DNA of 64,000 nucleotides, taken from positions 558,001 to 622,000 of the forward strand of contig CBFDEM010000060.1 in assembly GCA_965603825.1 (NCBI GenBank), in the 5' to 3' direction. The position numbers and the translations under genes were made by a program. A model generated the notes under the pieces. That model worked only from the letters and a program-made list of their open reading frames with translations. It was not told the origin of the DNA and did not search any database. Below, in pieces: positions 1-10,383 of this stretch. Every line of letters starts with the position of its first letter. Within the stretch, counting starts at the first letter, position 1. The DNA comes from Blepharisma stoltei ATCC 30299 (taxonomy: Eukaryota > Protista > Ciliophora).

Positions 1-291
1 GTTATTCTCACTCGCTGCATTTTCTAATTTTTTTCCTAACTCTTTCACAACTCCTAACTCTTTTTCATACAATTCCGCAAAATTCACATTATAAACTTCT
101 TCCTTGTTTGAGTTTTCTCTCACAGTGTCCTCTACTATCATACTCATCGAAATTTTGTATTTTATTGCTTTTTCATTCTTTGGGAAAGTAATATATATCG
201 GAGTCGCAATAGCCCCCGAGCTTGACCTTTTCGCCTTCATAGGAGTGTTTTTGTCACACCTCTTTCTTTTCAAATAGTTGCTAAAGTCCAT
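1..291 (-). CDS. Hypothetical protein, 5' part only (runs off the window start)
   Basis: ATG at 291-289 opens 97 stop-free codons to base 1 (MDFSNYLKRKRCDKNTPMKAKR...ELYEKELGVVKELGKKLENAASENN). Basic NLS-like start, then coiled-coil-like sequence. Not in the ORF track because there is no stop in the window. Confidence 0.65.
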   Translation of the reverse strand, partial: MDFSNYLKRKRCDKNTPMKAKRSSSGAIATPIYITFPKNEKAIKYKISMSMIVEDTVRENSNKEEVYNVNFAELYEKELGVVKELGKKLENAASENN

Positions 292-318
292 ACTTTATTT
301 ATAGTCTTCTAATAAAAT

Positions 319-1188
319 ATGAAACCTGGGCTACTTTTAGGTATTTTAGGCGCTGGGGAGAAAGGTCTTCGAATAGCTCTTCTCGCAAGCCGCAACGCAA
401 AATTCAATGTAAAATTGATTGATACATGTGAAAAAAATTTATCATACGCAAACCTGTCAATGGAAACCCTACTGATGAGCATGCAAACTTTCGAAGCAAT
501 TTCTGATAAAGAGTTATATGAAATTCCTCAAAGGATTTCGGTTTCCACTAAAATTGATGCACTCGAGGCATCTGATTTTGTAATAGAATGTATACATGAA
601 GACTTGGATGCAAAGCGTAATGTATTTCGAAATTTGGAACAGATAGTTCGAAACGATACAATTATTGCTAGTAAATCTTCAAAATTCCCAATAACACAGA
701 TTGCTCATGACACCTCCCACCCCGAAAGAATAATTGGGTTGTCATTAAAATGGGTAGATTTCAAAAATTGCTTAGACGATGGCCAAGCTATCATAAGGCC
801 TGGCCTCCAAACATCTCACAGCACTATTCATATTGCCATACAGTTCGTGAAGTCTATAAATTGCACACCGCTCTATGCATGTGACAGTTTAGGCTTTATG
901 AAATATAGAGATATGTATGCATTTATAAACGAAAGCACTTTTCAAGTCAAAGAAGATTTGTCAACTATTAAGGACATTGATGAAAAATTGAAATCGGAAA
1001 TGAAAATTCCTTTTGGGCCTTTTGAGCTTGCAGATTTAATAGGACTGGAAGACGTATATGCAAAGCTAGAGAAGTATTATCAGAAATTAGAAGACGAAAG
1101 GTTCAAGCCTTCAAAAATCCTGAAAAAGTATATATCTGCTGGTTGGACTGGGAAGAAAGCAGGTCGAGGATTTTATGAATACCATTAA
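319..1188 (+). CDS. 3-hydroxybutyryl/3-hydroxyacyl-CoA dehydrogenase family protein, degenerate active-site motifs
   Basis: Rossmann GILGAG motif, DFVIECIHEDLDAKRNVF, HPERIIG, PFGPFELADLIGLE and C-terminal GWTGKKAGRGFYEY are typical of the family; TAA stop. Confidence 0.85.
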   Translation: MKPGLLLGILGAGEKGLRIALLASRNAKFNVKLIDTCEKNLSYANLSMETLLMSMQTFEAISDKELYEIPQRISVSTKIDALEASDFVIECIHEDLDAKRNVFRNLEQIVRNDTIIASKSSKFPITQIAHDTSHPERIIGLSLKWVDFKNCLDDGQAIIRPGLQTSHSTIHIAIQFVKSINCTPLYACDSLGFMKYRDMYAFINESTFQVKEDLSTIKDIDEKLKSEMKIPFGPFELADLIGLEDVYAKLEKYYQKLEDERFKPSKILKKYISAGWTGKKAGRGFYEYH

Positions 1189-1234
1189 TAATCCCAGATA
1201 ATAGGAATTAGACAAATTGTTGTTAATTTTTACA

Positions 1235-2648
1235 TTAATGCTTTTTTTTGGGTATATCAAGGGTATCAACTTTTCTTTGGGGAAACCTTTGGGTTTTCGG
1301 TCTTTCTAAAGCTGGGTTATTTGAAGCTATTTTAGATGCTGTTTTATTTCTGAATAGAGGCTTTGGGTCTGCAACTTTTACTCGAGAAGCTCGTTTAGTT
1401 TCTGCTTGGTTGATTTCTAGTTTTGGCTGCTCTTTTCTTTCAGGGATAGTTTCATTTGATAATTGTTGATCTCATTTATTAAAATTAATAGCAGAGCTGA
1501 TTCAGTCTCCAGCCATTGCTGCAAATGAAATTGCTTTAGAATTTTCAAAAGACCTATATATGAGCTGCTCAGGTTTGCTTTTTGGTGTTAAATCGAGCCT
1601 CCCAGGAGTTTTGATATTTTTTGAAGTGATATCAAGGCTCATTCGCCGACTTGGTTTTTTCAATTGTTCAAAATTTTTGCTTTTTGTTCTCTCATAAGTT
1701 ATAGGTGCGATTAACAGTTGAGCTGTTTTCGATCGGTCACTTTCAGTTATTAGAGTTTGCTCTAACAGTTCATATTTCTTTTTTATTACTGATCAGTTGA
1801 ATTTCCTCGTTGACCATAACTGCTTCATCTTGATCCATAAGAGTTTGTCTCTGATCTCTGTTAATTTTTTATGTTTTTCTTTCAATTCTTTTAAATTTAT
1901 TATGCAATCAACAGTTTTTATCCAAGAAATAATCATTTTGGTAGCCTTATCTCTACGCATAAGTTTTTCCTCTCTTAGTCTATTTGCAGCGGCTCGAAAT
2001 CGTTTTCTCTTCAAGTACCCTTTGATATGCTTTTGTATCAAAACCACTTTATCAATAATGCTACAACCCAGCTTTATATAAATATTTTTGACTTCCTGAT
2101 CTAAAAACTCAATTGATTTATTTAATTTCTTTTTCCATAATTCCATCATTTTTGACTCAATTTTTTTTCTTGTTAAAAAGCCTCTTATATGTTTTTGTAT
2201 AATAACAGCAGCATTATTATATTTTATTAATAACAGTTCTCTGAAAAGTATTGTATCTTTATATGACCTTAGCCTTTCAGTTTCTTGTTTAATTTCATTT
2301 TCTATTTTACTTCTTTTTGTTCGGGCTATCTAAATAAAAATTTACATCTAATGCATAAGCGAGTTTATTTCTTCTTAATGCTTCAGCACTTTTTTGCCTT
2401 GTTGGGCTGGATTTTTCAAGTGAATTATCTTTAAAAAAGCGATCAATTGATCGATTTGTAAACTGGCTTGATTTTCCGAATCGCGATGTTAAGCTAGGAC
2501 GACTTGGAGAAATTCGGAAATTTCGTTTTGTGCTAAGCGAAGGAAGGATTTTTGTTGCTGTTTGAGAGCATTTAGAGGTAGGTCTTTGGATCTCATTAAA
2601 ACTCAAATTTAAAGTGATTTTGCTTCTTAATGACGGAACAAATGACAT
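1235..2648 (-). CDS. IQ calmodulin-binding motif protein, about 465 aa; join(2648..2346, 2329..1235)
   Basis: Removing a 16-nt intron links ORF 2307..2648 to the frame of ORF 1793..2149. Two IQ motifs (IQKHIRGFLTRK, IQKHIKGYLKRK). Three in-frame TGA read through to TAA at 1237-1235. Confidence 0.75.
2330..2345 (-). other. 16-nt spliceosomal tiny intron
   Basis: GTAAATTTTTATTTAG on the minus strand. Its removal restores the frame (YALD|IARTKR); the unspliced frame hits TAA within 13 codons. Confidence 0.8.
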
Positions 2649-2739
2649 AATTATAACTGGAAAACATTATTATCTAGCACTAAAACTCAGATTCGACCAT
2701 TGTTTTTAGAGGAAAATCTGATTATTAAATCTTTAATAT

Positions 2740-3156
2740 ATGAAAAAGCAGCATAATCATAAAAGCAGCTACTCCCTTTCAAGAAATGGAAGTTTCGATG
2801 TGCTTGAAGAGCTGGAAAAAACGAAGTTTGAAATTGCATCAGTTTTTAGCCCAATTGGCTCAAAATGCTCCTCACCTCTATTTGAAAATAGAGCAAAACC
2901 TATAAGGGTTAAAGAAAGCCCGTACGGGAAGTTACCAGCAATCAGTATTCATCGAAATCCGATGAGCATGATAAGTGGTAGGGAGATTAGTTCTGAATGG
3001 AAAAAGAAATACCAGCATGTCAATAAAAGTAGGCTTCATCAATGAGCTGTGGCAAAAAGTATAATAGACAGAAATATTAACCTCAATAGAGCCGAATTAT
3101 TTTTAGAAAACCACGGAATTCGGTTTTCCCACTATTATTCAAACTCAAATGTATAG
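2740..3156 (+). CDS. Hypothetical protein, 138 aa (one TGA=Trp)
   Basis: ORF 2740..3045 continues through TGA (SRLHQ-W-AVAKSIIDRN...) to TAG at 3154-3156. Confidence 0.55.
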
Positions 3157-3999
3157 TTTTATGACTGGATTAAATAATTAAAGTATTATCTCAAATCATA
3201 AGATTGATAAGTTTTAGTCAATCAAAATAAAAAAAATTATTTAGCCCTTTTGGTCTTGAGGTTTCGATAAGTAATTTAATAATTCAAATATGCTCTTATT
3301 TCTTCTTTAAAGATTTATTAATATATTGTAAAAATATAATTGCAGCAATCTTTTATACTCGAGAAAGCATCCATTTTGACTAATCAATTAGCCTATAACT
3401 GACTAATGAGTTTATATGATTAATGAATGTTGTTGCTCCATTTAGTGAATAAGAATAGAAAGAAATCCAAAGTATATTGTTTACCAATATTAGTAAAATC
3501 TTTTAATAATTTTTAAATTAAATTTTTCAGCTAATAAGTTGATATGCTTATTTGTTTAATTTATGATAATTATATTTAAGAGGCCAAAGATTATAAATAT
3601 TTAGGTGAGACATTGTTTCTCTTCCTATAAAATTAAAAAATCCTCAGAACTCGATAATTTCTTGAAGTCTTCGTGATATCTGGCCCATTCTTCATTTTCA
3701 TATTTTCTAAGAGTTCTTTTTTAAGAACATTTACGAACAAAATTTATCTTTTTCGCTCACGAAGTAAAAGAGGGTGAGGGAATTGTGCAAGGAGGGCATC
3801 TCAATCATATTAATAATGTATTAATATTTGGAGAAATAAATTGTTAAACAGATTGAACCTTATACTATTTAATCAGCTGATTTTTGTAGATTGCACTCAT
3901 ATTTCAAAGTTAAATAAAAAAAGTGACTATATAATATTAGCAAATAGTAAATAACCTATTTATTTCTTAAAAACATTAGAATTTTGTTCCATTAATAAA

Positions 4000-6090
4000 A
4001 TGCAATTATTCCTAAAATGTTTAGATGGGAAGTATCTGGCGATTTGTACATCTCTAGAAGAAACTGTTAAAAGCTTCAAAAAAAAAGTTTCAGAGAAAAC
4101 TAAAATTCCAATTGAAGAAATTTGCTTGATTTCTCACTCAAAAATCCTTACAGACTCTTTTCCACTGCATTATTACCAGTTACACCATGGAGAAACAGTT
4201 TCGCTCCACCTGCCCTTAAAAGGAGGTGGATGTGCAAATTCAAAATCCAATAAGAATACAGTAAAACCGATCATAAAAAAATTAATTGTTTCGACTTCTT
4301 GTGAAAAGATCCCTAATATTGATTTCGCTGCTGAAAATACATTTGGCAAAACACCTCAAAGTAAAGGGAACACTCAAGCCCGCTTCACAGATATTTCCCC
4401 AAATCAAGCTGCAAGTGAAGAATTTAAAGATTTTGAAATAAAATCTCCAGATTGCACCCCAAAAGATCTCGACCCAATTGAGGTGGAAATCAGTCAGATT
4501 ATATGCTCCGAAATTTTAGAAAAATTTTTATATTCTATGAGCCAAGAATATTTACAATGAATAAACCAAGAAATTGAGCTCCGTGAACAAATAATGCTTA
4601 GAGACTCATTTCGAACTCTGAGTGTAAAATCCATCGAGCTTATAGGATCCCAGCTCATTGAAACAATTTTCCGAATCCTCGTTGAAACTATAATACACCA
4701 ATCCAGCATCGATCGTTTGGTAGAATCGTTAATTATTAACGAAATCGAAGCAAAAATCAGCACCACAAAGAACGTTGATGAAATCAAGAAATTTCAATCA
4801 AAAATAAAATCAATTTACAACGAAAGACTGCAAGAGTTAATTTATGAAGAAATCTTAGAAGCACATATAAACGAGCTCAATCTTCAAAAAATTTCAGAAA
4901 ATACCATCAAATCTTATGAATCTGGGAAAAGAAGAACCACTTTAGCTTCGAAATCGTCATTAATTAAAGTAGACAGTGTAGATGAGCCAGAAGACTACGT
5001 AAATGAAGTTTTTACACCTGGAGAGCATAGTCCTAATGAATATTCGCTAAATGATGTACAGGAAGAAGAAAAAGTCGAAAAAAGTATCGTCGAAAATGAG
5101 AAAACAAATACAAAAGCCAAAAAAAATGGAGCAAATTATGCAGTTAATTTAAAAACAAGCTGCGTTATTGAAGTTATTAATGAAAGAATTGAGATAAGTG
5201 AAACATTTTGCGACGAAATCTTAGAGTTTGGGAATAGACAGTGCTTATTGTATGGCCTTTTGAATCTTTTTGGAGCTGTTCCAAAAAATTCAATTATTTT
5301 ATCCCAAAATGCTGCAGATATTCGCTTACAAAATGATACAACGAATATGCTAGAAATTATAAACTCAATTGATTCATATTCATTTATGAATATCACAGGA
5401 AAAGTCCTGCCAAATAAGGCAGGAAACGAAAAATTCCTTCGAGAAAACAATCTCCCAGCAAATTTAGCCTCCAATGGAAAATCAGCTATTTCTATATTAG
5501 ATCTTTCTTTTCAATGGAAATCAAGCAGAGATTTAGTTCAACCAATTTTAGGTAAACCAAGGAGATTTATTAGTTTTGAGCCCAGTGACATAGAGGTATA
5601 TAAGTCGTATAATCTAGAAATTTATAATGTCACGACTAGTCAGCCTCATTTAATAGCTATTTTTATACAGTCAGAAGACTTGAAAAATGAGCTAAAAGGA
5701 TGGGCGAAGAGGAACAAAACTGATCTTTATAGCCATTTTGAAGATACTTTTAAAGATTTCGGGGAAAATGGTAAAAAACCTTCTGAATTATGGGTCCCAG
5801 CGTTTAGAAAACAAATTAGTTATGATGTGCCGTGGATTCAAGGGTATGAAATTCCTCCACAAGGAAATAAAAATAATTTTCAATTTGTAAAGAAATGTAG
5901 AGAAACTATAAATCTTGATTTCAGCACTAAAAATCCGCCTCCAAAAGGAAACCAAACAATCAAACAAAAAGGGAAGATTTTAAATAAAGATTTTGTGTTT
6001 GGGCTGGCTTATACAAATTTAGATAAAGAATTTCACGGTCCTCTCTTTTTGTGTGTTGTCGAGCCGAAAGATTTTGTCCCTGCAAACTAA
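4000..6090 (+). CDS. Ubiquitin-like N-terminal fusion protein, 696 aa, with helical middle and possible serpin-like C-terminal domain
   Basis: ORFs 4000..4560 and 4594..6090 are in one frame, separated only by TGA at 4558-4560. The N-terminal 76 aa are ubiquitin-like (MQLFLKCLDGK...LHLPLKGG). TAA stop. Confidence 0.8.
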
Positions 6091-6471
6091 TTCAGGTGTC
6101 TTTTAATCTTAATTAATTTTAGTCTTTCTACAAATTATTAATATACTTTCAATCTGGACATGAAAAAATTTATAATTCAAAGATTTTCTCAATAATTTAA
6201 TCTATAAATGTTTACTTTTTTCATAAATCATAATTGTTTCAATGTCCTCTAGATGCATTGAAGAGTTAAAATAAGATTTTCAAGATAAAATAATAAAGTC
6301 AATCGTAAATCGCATTTTCAAATTTAAAAAGCTATTACCTTTAAAGCATCTTTATAATCTATTTTAAAATCTAATAAATTAGCTAGTTAATTTTTAATAA
6401 ATATTAATTTAACATTTAGAGCCTTATTTAAAATACTTATATTAAAATGCAAATTTTATAAAAATTGTTAC

Positions 6472-8723
6472 TTAAAGAGTTTCTTTCCCTTTGCTTGTTC
6501 TTACTCTCCTTGACTTAATCAGAAGAGCAATGTAGCGAATTAGTATGCAGAAAATCATAAGGACAAATCCAATGAAAAATGAGATTATCATTGGTATAGC
6601 TGGGGCTAAATTATCCCCACATTCAGGAGTATAAGTATGAGGAATATAAGGGACATAATCTGTTTTTAAAGAATAAGTAAATGGATAGTCTTCCTTCTTG
6701 GTCATAGCACCCATCAATTGAAATTAAAAACGTTGTTTGCAAAGCAGCTCCACTTGTTGGCTGTATATCTACAGACCCATCGCAGGTGGTCCCATTGTTC
6801 ACATTTACTATAAATGATGATAATGAGTTTCCTGAAGACTCAGTGATGGTAAAATTGAATTTATAAGAACTTCCTGGAAGAAGGAATTTGGTGGGATAGA
6901 AATTGTTTGCTAATTATCAGGAAAAATATTTATTGCAATCAGTTGATCCTGAAACAAATGGAACTTGAAGTGATGGAGCTGCCTCAATATTGATACAGAG
7001 TTTTTGTGCCCAAAGACGTTTGTTACTTTAAAAGTAACCATTAGTGAAGAGCCAACTTTGCTAGTAAATAGAAGTCTTGTGTCACAGGCACAGTCATATA
7101 TGGTCGTATTAAAGTCTGTATGGTTATCTAAACAATTATAAAAAGAGCCATCACTATTGAGATTAAGAACTATGCTTTACCAACAGTTTGGCATTACAAG
7201 CAATGTGCTTCATCTAAAATAGTGCAGGAGTTTCATTGGTAGTATCGTATGTCGCACATTTAGAGTCGCATTCAGAAGTAATTTTATTTATATAGCAATA
7301 ATATCAATCGTCTGGAGCACATTCATTAGTATTGCTATCAACGGTAGAGTTTCCTGGGAATTATAGTCTGGAGCAGCTGACATGTGATAAGTATCTACGC
7401 ATTAAATGCAAGTTGAGCCTGATGTAGAATTACAAGTAGCACATTGAGGCTAATACTCAACACAAGATTTATCCGTATCGAAGTATAATCCATCATCAGG
7501 TATGCAAGTATCATTAGCATATCCAGAATGTTCTGGACATTTGCAGTCAGACTCTACAAGCATATGCGTTGTATCTATACACATAAGTACCGAAATTCCA
7601 TTAGTAGTAAAATTTAACACATTTAGAATCGAATTCTGTAGTGCTGTTATTTGCATCAAAGTAAATCCGTCATCTGGAACATATTCTGATCCAGTCGATC
7701 GATACTACTTTGATACAAATGATACTTGCGTCTGAATGCGACTCTAAATGTGCGCATATGATACTATCAATGGAACTTCGTGAACTATTTTGTATAGACG
7801 AACACATATGCTAGGAGTTCCCGAATGTCCTAGTAACTCACTTTCACGGAATCAGAATGTTTTCCAGTGACGGATATTCCTTCGAAACAAATGCAACTTG
7901 TGCCGAGTGCGACTCTATATGAAACATGCAATACAAGCAATGGAACTTCCTGCACAGCTTGTGCAGAAACAACACATATGTCAGCTTCTCAGAATGCGAA
8001 AGTCCTGGTAACTCAACTCTCAATTGATCTTAAACAGCCAGATCGTCAACATAGTCTGGAAATATCGAGATTATCTGATAAAGCAGCTAGATCCTAAAAG
8101 ATTCTTGCTTTTTTTGGCTATTGCCAATTAAAATCCAAAAATACTAGTTATTACCCAAGGGGATTAGATGGCGCAGAATGATTCATGCTCTCTAGTTCGC
8201 TTCTAAACATTTTTGTAAGCTTATATCTATAACACAAAAGTTTTGCTTCTCAAATCTCGGATTTCAAAAATCCGATTTAGAGATTGCAGTTCACCATATT
8301 ATTTGTGTAAAAGACCATATAACCTCACAAGAAGGAACTCTATATAAATTCATCCTCGCCCGTAATACAAGTTCCACCATTGGTTCTAAGAACTATATTG
8401 CAATGGTCAATATCCGAATTTTTGCAACCACCTGCATCTTCAGGTATGTGATCATCTGGATAAGCGGAAGAACTACAAATTGTATCATTATAGCAATAAT
8501 CGCTATAACTTGCACTGTCTGTGCAAACACCTGTTATTTGTCTTTCGTTTTCCCACCATGATCCGTCTTTAGATGTCTCATGGTCTTTTTCTGGAAGGGT
8601 CTCATTATTTTTGGCAAGTTGATTGACTGTCTCAGAGTCGTCGACGAGCAGTTTTGAGTTATCTTAGAGCTTCCAAGAAGGCTATTTCTTTGTAATTGGA
8701 TTAAGCTCCTCAGCTATAGACAT
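6472..8723 (-). pseudogene. Heavily deleted relic of the Cys-rich/REJ/GPS receptor family, with an internal inversion
   Basis: Ordered fragments match the 28179 and 42015 genes: AEELNPI, GSWWENERQ, PEDAGGC, PDDGLYFDT, REJ pieces, YVPYIPHTYTPECGDNL, LIRYIALLIKSRR. Stops and frameshifts are present, and the signal peptide is deleted. About 7690-8030 carries repeat units on the + strand. 5' and 3' flanks match the intact paralogs. Confidence 0.85.
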
Positions 8724-9107
8724 ATTATTTTATAGGGTTCATATTACGACCGAATAAAATCGCCAATAAGGAAATTAATTTATATAAGAAAAATATATGA
8801 AATTTAAATGATCTAGATGATCTTTCTCTGTTATACCAATATTTTTGAATGAGAAACCAACTGAGCCTATCTTAAAAATTTTTGAGTTTTTTGATCTCAG
8901 CTCTTTAGAAGCCTAATTAAATGATAATAGCATTTAATGCTGCTAAAAGACTAAAAATGTAATTTTTAGACGACGTAAATGCGAGTCTGTATTCATACTT
9001 ACTAACTCTATTAAATAAGGTTACAAATTAAATATTTTTTTTTGCTTTACAAATTATTTGTAATAGTAGTTTGTTTGCTACTGTAAATTAAAAATTTTAT
9101 ATTGAAT

Positions 9108-10258
9108 TATAGGATTCCAGCTCATCGAAGCAATTTTCCGAAGCCTATAGAATCATTGATTATTAACGAAATCGAAGAAAAAATCAGCACCACAAAGAAC
9201 GTTGACGAAATCAAGAAATTTCAATCAAAAATAAAATCAATTTACGACGAAAGACTGCAAGAGTTAATTTATGAAGAAATCTTAGAAGCGCATATAAACG
9301 AGCTCAACATTCAATCAGAGCTTACGAATCTGACAAAAGAAGAACCACTTTAGCTTCGAAATCGTCATTAATTAAAGTAGACAGTGTAGATGAGCCAGAA
9401 GACTACGTAAATGAAGTTTTTACCCCTGGAGAGCATAGTCCTAATGAATACTCATTAAAATATGTGCAAGAAGAAGAAAAAGTTGAGAAAAGTTTCGAGG
9501 AGAATGAGAAAACAAATACAAAAGCAAAAAGGATTAAGAAAATTATACAGTTAATTTAAAAACAAGCTGCATATTGAGGTCAGTAATGAAAGAATTGAGA
9601 TAAGTGAAATATTTTGTGACGAAATCTTAGAGGTTGGGAACAAACAGTGCTTATTGCATGGCTTTTGAATCTTTTTAGAGCTGTTCCAAAAAATTCAATT
9701 ATTTTATCCTAAAATGCTGCAGATATTCGCTTACAAAATGATACCACGGATATGCTAGAAATTATAAACTCAATTGGTTCGTATTCATTTATGAATGTCA
9801 CAGGAAAGAATAAGGCAGGAAACGAAAAATTCCTTCGAGAAAACAATCTCCCAGTAAATTTAGCTTTCAACGGAAAATCAGCAATTTCTGTATTAGATCT
9901 TTCTTTTCAATGGAAATCAACCAGAGATTGAAAAAAAGCCTTCTGAGTTATGGGTTCCAGCGTTTAAAAAACAAATTAGTTATGGGATTCAAGGGTATGC
10001 AAGGAAATAAAAATAATGTTCAGTTTGTAAAGAAATGTAGAGAAACTATAAATCGTGATTTCAGCACAAAAAATCCGCCTCCAAAAGGAAATCAAACAAA
10101 AAGGGAAGATTTTAAATAAAGATTTCGTGTTTGGGCTGGCTTATACAAATTTAGATAATCGTCTTTTTTTGTGTGTTGTTGAACCAAAAGATTTTGTCCC
10201 TGCAAACTAATTCAGGTGTCTTTTAATCTTAATTAATTTTAGTCTTTCTGCAAATATT
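9108..10258 (+). pseudogene. Truncated duplicate of the 3' part of the 4000..6090 gene
   Basis: Closely matches about 4642..6135, including the stop and 3' flank (cctgcaaactaattcaggtgtc). Has several internal deletions, frameshifts and a CAA>TAA change near 9710; lacks the ubiquitin domain. Confidence 0.9.
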
Positions 10259-10383
10259 AACATAATTTATCCAAAAATTATACTAAGTCGTTATAATTTT
10301 CGATATTTATTAAATTTTAATTTTTATGATATCCTTTAATCAAAGAAATTATTTTATTGAGACTTTTTAAAATAAAAGATTAT

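Noticed and set aside
8155-8215. GGGGATTAG... resembling a tRNA 5' end
   Set aside because: No T-loop GTTCRA in the right position and no cloverleaf could be built.
8780-9000. Conserved upstream block (also about 35940-36150 and 51740-51950) as a specific regulatory element
   Set aside because: Similarity is explained by duplication of flanks; selection cannot be shown without an alignment against neutral divergence.
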